Of a stretch of DNA of 64,000 nucleotides, positions 31,401-40,400 are shown piece by piece; the stretch's first letter is position 1, and the number at the start of each line of letters is the position of its first letter. The notes beneath the pieces were generated by a model. That model made no database searches, was not told the origin of the DNA, and saw only the letters and a program-made list of their open reading frames with translations. Source of the DNA: Candidatus Didemnitutus sp. (lineage in GTDB: Bacteria; Verrucomicrobiota; Verrucomicrobiia; Opitutales; Opitutaceae); assembly GCA_041906465.1 (NCBI GenBank), contig JAYRJE010000015.1:105340-169339 (forward strand), written 5' to 3'. Made by a program: the position numbers and the translations under genes.

Positions 31401-34400
31401 ACGGTGGTGGCCTGGGGCTACAACGGCTCGGGGCAGTGCACCGTGCCGGCGAATCTGCGCGACGTCGTCGCCATCGCGGCGGGCAGCAGCCACTCGCTGG
31501 CCTTGCGTGCGGACGGCACCGTCGTGCAGTGGGGCTCGGGCACGACCGTGCCGGCGAATGTGCAGGACGTGGTCGCGATCTCGGCCGGCGGCTCGCGCAG
31601 TGCGGCGCTCAAGTCCGATGGGACGGTGGTGGTGTGGGGCGGATATGGTTTCACCGATGTCGTGCCGCCGACCGATCTCACGGCGATCGCCGTGGGCGTC
31701 GATCACGTGGTCGGCCTCAAGCAGGATGGCGCCGTCGTGGCGTGGGCGCTCGCTTCCATTTACTCGGGGCAAACCACGGTGCCGGCGGGCCTGGGCCGCG
31801 CCCTGGCGATTGATGCCTCCTCGGCCCAGTCCGGGGCGCTCGGCGCGGATGGCCGGCTTTATGTGTGGGGCAGCGGCGGTGGGGCCGTGGCGCTTGGCGC
31901 GACGACGTTCACGGCCTTCGATTGCGGTCCGAATTTCGGTGTCGCGCGGCGGAGTGGCGGGGGCGTGCTGGTGTGGGGCGACAACACCTACAATCAGCGG
32001 ACCGTGCCCGCTACCCTCGGCGATCCGCTCGCGCTGGCGACGGGCAGCGGCTTCGTGCTGGCGCTGTGCAATGCGGAGGGCGACTCCGCCCCCACGATCA
32101 CCGAGCAGCCGGCGGATATCACGACGTCGGCGGGCAATCGCGTGCAGTTGCGCGTCGTGGCCACGGGGCCGGGCACGCTGGCTTACCAATGGCGGCTCGC
32201 GGGCAATCCCATCGCCGGGGCGACCCAGCCGACGCTCACGCTGAGCGAGATCGGCTCCGCCCAGGCGGGGAGCTACGATGTCGTGGTGTCGAATCACGTC
32301 GGCGTCACCACGTCGCGCACGGCCACGGTGTCGCTCGTGATGCCACCCGAATTTTCGACGCGACCGGCGGCGCGCATCGTCGCCACTCTGGACCAGCCGC
32401 TATCCCTGGAGGGGAATGCCACCTCCGCGTTCGGCCCCATCGCTTATCGGTGGAAAAAGAACAATCGTCCGATCCCCGGCGCGAACACGGCGACTCTGGC
32501 GCTGCCGAATTTCACGGTCGAGGACGCGGGCGCCTACACGCTCGAAGCGACCGACACGCGCGGTCTCGTGGCGCGGTCGACCTCGTTTGTGCTGCCCGAT
32601 TATGGGCGCACGGAACTCGTGCATTTCGGTTCCCCGTCGTCGGTCTCCGTCCTCCCCGCGGAGATCGCGGACGCGATTTCGGTGGTGACCAACGGGGCCT
32701 ACGCCGCGGCGTTGCGTCGCGACGGCACCGTCGCGGTCTGGGGCAGCGGATCGGTCGTGACCGGAAAGCCGGCCGGCCTGTCCAACGTCGTCGCGCTCGC
32801 GGCGGGATCGGATTCGATCCTCGCCTTGCGCGCGGATGGCACCGTCGTGGGCTGGGGCTCCAGTTATTACAACCTCTTCAATCCGCCGGCGGCGGTGCGC
32901 GACGTCATCGCGCTCGCTCACGGCGGCAACGTTGCGCTGGCGGTGCGCTCCGACGGCACCGTGGTCGGCTGGGGCTCCAACTACAGCAGCAGCGCCACGC
33001 TCCTGCCGGTGCCGACGTGGCCGGACGACATTGCCAGCGTCGCCACCAACGGCAGTGCGGCGCTCGCCGTGACCGCGAATGGCGCGCTGGTGGGATGGGG
33101 GGAGCGCGGTTACGGCCAGACGCGTCCGCCCAACGAGGTGGGTGCGGTCGTCGCCGCCGCCGTCGGCTACTACCACAGCCTGGTGCTGCAGGATGATGGC
33201 GCGCTCGTGGCCTGGGGCTCCAGCAGCAGCGGCATGGTGTCCGTGCCGGCCGGCCGTTTCCGCAAGATCGCGACCAGCGACTACCGCGCGGCCGCCGTCC
33301 GCCGCGACGGCACGCTGGCGGTATGGGGCAACAATTACGGCTACGGCGAAAACACGCCGCCGGCCAACACCGGTAATTTCATCGACGTCGCTCTGAGCGG
33401 CTCGAACACGCTGGCCCTGCGCCGCGCGATCGGCGACGCGCTGCCGGTGATCGTCACATCGCCCCGCGCCACGGTTGCGGCGCGCGGAGGCGAGGTGTCG
33501 CTCAGCGTCGTCGCCACGAGTGCGCGAACGCTGTCCTATCAATGGCGGCGCAATGGAGTGGAACTCGCCGGCGCCAATGCGGCGACACTCACCCTCAAGG
33601 ACCTGACCGACGCCGCCGCCGGCGACTACGACGTCGTGGTGCGCAACGCGGCGGGGGCGGTCACCAGCGCGGTGGCCACGCTGACCCTCGAGACCGCGCC
33701 GGTCCTCACCACGGCCCCCGATGCGCGGCAACTCGTCGCCCTCGGCGCGTCGCGCACGCTCGCCTTCACCTGCGCGAGCGAACACCCGCCGCTCGCGTAT
33801 CGCTGGAAGAAAAACAATCGCGTCCTCGCGGGGCAGACGACGGCGACGCTCACGCTGGCGAACTTCACCGCCGCCGACGCGGGCGCTTACACGCTCGAGG
33901 TCACCGACGCGCTGGGCCTGCTCACGCGGGCCACGACGTTCGTGCTGCCCGATTATGGCCGGACGCAGATTCGAGTCTGGGGCTATGATTCGGAAATTCT
34001 CCGCCAGGCGCCGCTCACGCTGACGGATGCGCTCTCGTTCTCCCTGACTTCGCGCAATGTCGCCGCGCTGCGGGCGGACGGCACGATCGCGATCTGGGGA
34101 GCCTCTTACAGCATCGCCTCGCCCCCCGCGGGGTTGAACGACGCGGTGGCCTTCGCCATGCGCGATGCCGACGCGCTCGCGCTGCGGAAGAACGGCACCG
34201 TGGTGGCGTGGGGCAACTATGGCGGAGCGCCGGCCGGCTTGCGCGACGTGATAGCCATCGCGGTCGGCGACAATGCCCGCCTCGCGCTGCGCTCCGATGG
34301 CACGGTCGTTTCGTGGAGCCGTTATTCCTCGTCGGAGAGCACGCCGCCGGAAGGTCTGCGTGACGTCAGCGCCATCGCGGCGGGCTCCAACGGCTATCTC

Positions 34401-37400
34401 GCCTTGAAAGTCGACGGAACCATCGTCGCCTGGGGCAATGCGAGTGCCGCGCTGCCCGCGGGTCTCACGGGCGTGGTTGCCATTGACGCCTATGGTTCCG
34501 TTTTCTCGGCGCTGAAGAGTGACGGCACGCTCGTCCGCTGGGGCGGCGCCGCGTTCGCGTCCAACCTGCCGCCGTTGCGCGCCGTCTCGCTGGGTGACTC
34601 CGCCTACGCGATCGGGCAGGCGCTCGACGGTTCGCTGGTGGGCGTCGGCATGCCCGGCAACAATTACGGGCAGACCCAGATTCCGGCGAACTTGGGTTCC
34701 GTGCCGGCGTTCGCGGCCGGGCCTTATCACGTCGTGGCGTTGCGCGACGCCAATGCCGATGTCGCGCCCCTGCTCACCACCGAACCGGGTTCGGTGGTGT
34801 TGAATCCGGGCGTGCGACACTCCTTCAGCGTGACGGCGTCCGGTGCCGGGCCCTTGAGCTATCAGTGGTTCAAGAACGGCGTGGCGATCGCCGGCGCGAC
34901 CTCCGCGGTCCTCACGCTGCCGGACGTGGGGGCATCCGATGTCGGCGACTACACGGTGCGGATCACCAATCACGTCGGCGCCCGCGTGAGCGCGCCGGCG
35001 AGCCTGCGTTTGCTCGCGGCGCCGCAGTTCACCGTGCGGCCCGCGCGTCGGATCGCAGCCGTGGTGGGCGCGCCGGTGTCTTTGCAAGCCACGGTGGTCG
35101 GCGCAGCGCCGGAGTCCGGCGCGTTGCGCTATCAATGGAAGAAAGACAATCGCGCCATCGCGGGCGCGACCGGGCCCCAGTTCAACTTGCCCGCATTCGC
35201 TCTCGCGGACGCCGGCGCCTACACGCTCGAGGTCACCGATGCGCTGGGCGCGGTCGCGCGGCACACGACGTTCGTGCTGCCGACCGGTTTGGTCACGCAG
35301 GTGCGCACCTGGGGCAACACGTCCTTCAATGCGCCCGTGACGCTGAACGACGCCTGGAAGGTTTTCGCGGCCGGCTCGAATGGTGGGCTCGCTCTCCGCA
35401 GCAACGGGCAGGTGGCTTATTGGGGCACGGACACCACGCCGTTCCCGGTCGGCCTGGGGCACGTCGCCGACCTGGCGGTCGGCTCGAACGGAGCGGCCAT
35501 CGCGCTCCGGGATGACCAGACGCTCGTCAGTCCCGCGGCGCCGCCGCCGGCCAGCGCCACGGAAGTGGTCGCCGTCGCGGCCGGCACCAGTCATTTCCTG
35601 GCCCTCCGCGCCGACGGGCGCGTGGTGGGCTGGGCGATCAACAACTCCGACTCCTACGGAGCCGCGACGGTGCCGGCGGGTCTGCAGGACGTCGTGGCGA
35701 TTGCGGCCTACGGTTCCACGAGCGCCGCGCTCACCGCCGCGGGCAATGTGGTGGTCTGGGGCTATCGCAGCGCGGCCGCGGTCCCGCAGAATTTCAACGG
35801 CGCCACGGATCTCGCGCTCGGCAACAGCCACGCTCTTGCCCGCCGGCCCGATGGCACGGTGGTCGGTTGGGCGCTGGATTACAGTTACAGCGGCGAAGCG
35901 ACGCCCCCGTCCGATTTGGGCGCCGTCAGTCGCGTCTTTGCGGGAGCGGCGGTGTCGTTCGCCGTCAAACCCGATGGCTCGGTGCGCGCCTGGGGCTCGA
36001 CCAGCTACGCCCTCGTGCCCGTGCCGACCGACCTGGCCAACGTGATCCATCTCTCCGTCGGAAGCTCGTCGGCGTTGGCGGTGCGTCTCGCGGCGGCCGA
36101 TGCGGCGCCGCAGATTGTCGCGTCGCCCCAATCGCAGAATCTCAGCGTAGGCGCGTCGCTCGTCCTCTCGGTCGCGGTTTCCGGCACGGGCCCCTTCAGC
36201 TATCAATGGCGGCGTGATGGCAACGTGTTGAGCGGAGCCACGGCGGGCGCCTTCTCCATTGCCAGCCTCACTCCGGGCGACGCGGGCAGTTATGATGTGG
36301 TGGTGACGAACCACCGCGGTTCGGCGACCAGCGCCGCGGCGAGGATCACGCTCGCGAGTCCGCCCACGATCGTCACGCCCGTGATACGCCGCACCGGGGT
36401 GACGCGCGGCCAGGCGGTCACGCTCAGCGTCTCGGCCACCACCGATGACGGTCCGCTCCGCTATCGTTGGAAAAAGAACAACCGCCTCATCGGCGGGGCC
36501 ACGGGAGCGACTTACTCGATCCCGTCGGCGACCCTCGGCGACAGTGGCGCCTACACGGTGGAGGTTTTCGATGCCGCGGGGCGCGTGCGCCGCAGCACCG
36601 GGTTCGTGGCGGTTGCGCCGGCCGCGAGCCAGCTGATCGCGTTCGGCTATTCGAATCCCCGCAACGCCGATACGACGTTCCGGCAGCTCACCGGGCCGCT
36701 CCTCGCCGCGGTCGATGGTTCGGCGCACAGCCTCGCGCTCAAGGCTGACGGCACGGTGGCGGCCTGGGGTTACGATTCCTACGGCGTGACCGCCGTGCCC
36801 GCCGGGCTGGCCGACGTGGTCGCCATCGCGGCCTCCGGCGACTACTCGCTCGTGCTGAAGTCCGACGGCAAGGTCGTCTATTGGGGTTATCCGTATGGCG
36901 GCCCGAAGGACGTTCCGGCCGGATTGGACGAGGTCATTGCGATCTCCGCGGCGCCCGGCTACGCGCTGGCGCTGAGGGCCGATGGCACGGTGGCCATGTG
37001 GGGCACGACGAGCACCACGCTGACGGTGCCGGCCGGTCTCGCCGACGTGGTGAGCATCTTCGCGGCGCCCGAATACGCGCTGGCGACGAAGGCGGACGGC
37101 AGCGTCGTGGTGTGGGGCAGCCCCGGCTCCACGCAAGCGTCAGCCGCGTCGAGCCAGTCGGGATTGCGCCGAACGCTTGGCTCCTCGTCCGCCGCTCTGG
37201 GCTTGAAGCTGGACGGCACCGTCGTCGGCTGGGGGAGCAACAGCTACAGCCAGCTCTCCATTCCGGGCGACCTCAATCAGGTCGCCGATCTGGCGATGGG
37301 CAATTATCACGCCGTGGCGTTGAAGTCCGATGGCTCGCTGGTGGCGTGGGGTTACAACTACAACGGCGGTGAAACCGCCGTGCCCGCCGGCTTGACCAGC

Positions 37401-40400
37401 GCCTACGCGATTTCGGTCTATGGGTCCCGCACGCTCGTGCTGCGCGATGCCAGCGCGGATGCGGCCCCGACGATCACCGGTTCGCCTCAGTCGGTCGACG
37501 TCACGGAAGGTGCCTCCGCCAGCTTCACGGTGACGGCCAGCGGCGTCGGCTCTCTGCGCTATCAGTGGCGCCGCAACGGCGTCGCGATCACCGGAGCGAC
37601 CGCCTCGACGCTGACGCTCAACCCGGCGACGCCGGAGTGGGCGGGAACCTACGATGTCGTGGTGAGCAATCACGTCGGTGCCGCTTCCAGCGCGGCGGCG
37701 ACGCTGACGGTGCGTGCGCTGCCGCGCGTCGCGCCCGTGGGATCGCGGCGGATCATCGCGGGCGTCGGGGCTTCGGCCCAGCTGACGGTCAGCGCGAGCG
37801 GCACGGGTGCGCTTGGCTACCAGTGGCGGCGCAATGGCGTCGCGATCGCGGGCGCCACGGGCGCCACGCTGGCGTTGCCGGCCCTCACGCGGGCGGACGC
37901 CGGCTGGTATGTCTGCGCGGTGACGGATGCCAACGGCACCCGTCTCGCGGCACCGCAGTGGATTTTTGTCGTGCCGAGCCGCACGCAAGTCGTCGGCTGG
38001 GGCGCCAACAGCTCGCGGCAGGCGGACGCGCCCGCCACGGTGAACGACGCCATCGCGCTGGCCGCGGGCGAAACCGGCTCGCTCGCCGTGCGCCGCGACG
38101 GCTCGGTGCTCACCTGGGGCAGCACCGGCGCTCTGCCGCCGGCGACTGCGACGCTCGCCGGCGTGGTCGGAGCCTCCATCGGCAACGCCCAATCGCTGAC
38201 GCTGCACGACGACGGCACGGTCCGGGTCTGGGGCAGTTATTCGACGCCCACGTTCCCGAGTGGTGAACCGTTTGTCGCGGTCGCCTCCAGTGGCGGATTG
38301 AACGTGGCCCTGCGGGCGGATGGCACCGCGGTGTCCTGGAACTACTACTCGACCGCGCTCTCGATCCCGAGTGAGGCCGTCGGTCTGGCCGCGGTTGCCG
38401 CGGGCGAATCCTTCGTCGTCGGCTTGAAGGGCGATGGCACGGTCGTGCAATGGGGCTCGCCGCCGCAGGCCGCGCCCGCCGGGCTGGCCGGGGTGCGGGC
38501 CATCGCCACCGGTTCGGCGCATGCGCTCGCTTTGCGCAGCGATGGCACCGTCGTGGCGTGGGGCTCCAACAGCAACGGAGCGTGTGACGTGCCGGCCGAT
38601 TTGAGCGGCGTGGTCGCGATCTCCGCCACGCGCTCGACGTCGTTTGCCGTCAAAGCCGACGGCACCGTGGTGGCCTGGGGCGGCAACGCCAACCAGGAGC
38701 GGGCGCTGCCGGCCGAGCTCCGGGCGGTGCAGGCCATGGCCAGCGCCAGCAATGCCAGCCATGCCCTCGTGCTGCGCGATCTGGCCGACGACACGGCGCC
38801 GGTGGTGACGCCGCTGCCGGCCACCTTCATCACCGCGGCCGGCGAGGCCGTTTCGTTGATCGCGACGGCGTCCGGCGCCGGCCCGTTCGCCTATCAGTGG
38901 AAAAGGAACGGCGTCGCCCTCCCCGGCGCGACGGCGAACACGCTGCTGCTCGATCCGATCACGGATGCGCTGGCGGGCGACTACACGGTCACGGTCACCA
39001 ATCACGTCGGTGCCACGCAGAGCTCCGCAGCCACCGTGATCGTGGAAACAGGCCCCCGCTTCACGAGTCGCCCGAGTGCCCGGATCATTGGTCCGACCGG
39101 AGCGTCGCTGACGTTGAGCGGCGCCGCGAGCGGGCCGTTCGCTCCGATCACCTATCAATGGAACAAAGACAACCGTCCGATTCCCGGCGCGACTTCCGGC
39201 ACGCTGACGATCGATAACTTCACCAACGCCCAGGCGGGTGCTTACACGCTGGTGGCCACCGACGCGCACGGTCACCGCGCCTTGGCCACCACTTTCGTGC
39301 TGCCGGACTACGGGACGACGCAGCTGCGCTCCTTCGACACCGCGCCGCCCATGGATCTGGGGCCGGTGGTGGATTTCGCGACCACCAGCTACGGGAGTGT
39401 GGCCGTGCGCCGCGACGGATCGCTGGCGGCGTGGGGCAGCAGCGTCAGCACACCGCCGGGCGGCATCACCGACGCCGTGCGCGTCGCTCAGGCGGGCAGT
39501 GTCGCTCTCGCCCTCCGCGCGGACGGCAGCGTGATCGCCTGGGGCTCGAATGGCGACGTCGTCAGCGTGTCCGCGCGCGCGGTGAACGTCGTGGCGATTG
39601 CCACCAGTTCCACGCACGCACTCGCCTTGCGGGCCGACGGCACCGTCGTCGCCTGGGGCCAGAACAACCTGGGCCAATGCAACGTGCCGGCCGGACTCAC
39701 GGACGTCGTCGCGGTCGCGGCCACCGTCAACGCCTCGGGCGCGGTGAAGGCCGACGGCTCGGTCGTGCTCTGGGGCGGAAGCTCCGAGATCGTGAAGGTC
39801 CCGCCGGCCAGCTTGAGTGGCGTCACGCGTCTGGTTTTCGGCGACAACCATGCGCTTGCGTTGCGGACCGACGGCACGGTGGTGGCGTGGGGCCAGACCG
39901 GTAGCCAGCTCTCCGTCCCGGCGGGGCTGGCCGGGGTGACGGACATTGCGGCGGGATATTACTCCTCCTACGCCATCGACGGCGCGGGCGACCTGCGCGG
40001 GTGGGGCAACACGGTCTCGCTGAGCGACGTCACCGGGCCGGCGCTCCGCATCGCCGCGGGCAGCTATGGCTTCGCCGTGCTGCGCGACTCCAGCCGCGAC
40101 ACCGCCCCCACGATCACCACGCAACCGGCCGACATGAATCCGGGCTCGAATTACTCGGCGACCTTCTCCGTGGCAGTGAGCGGCTCGGGACCGTTTTCCT
40201 ATCAATGGCGCCGCGAGGGGACGCCGATTGCGGGCGCCACCTACGCGTGGCTGAATCTCTACAGCCCGTTCGACGCTCAAGTCGGTCGCTACGACGTCGT
40301 CGTCACGAACCACGTGGGCAGCGTCACCAGCACGACCGCGCGCCTCTCGGTTGGCGCGGTGACGACGGGGCCGGTGATCGAGGCGCCGGCGGCGGGGCTC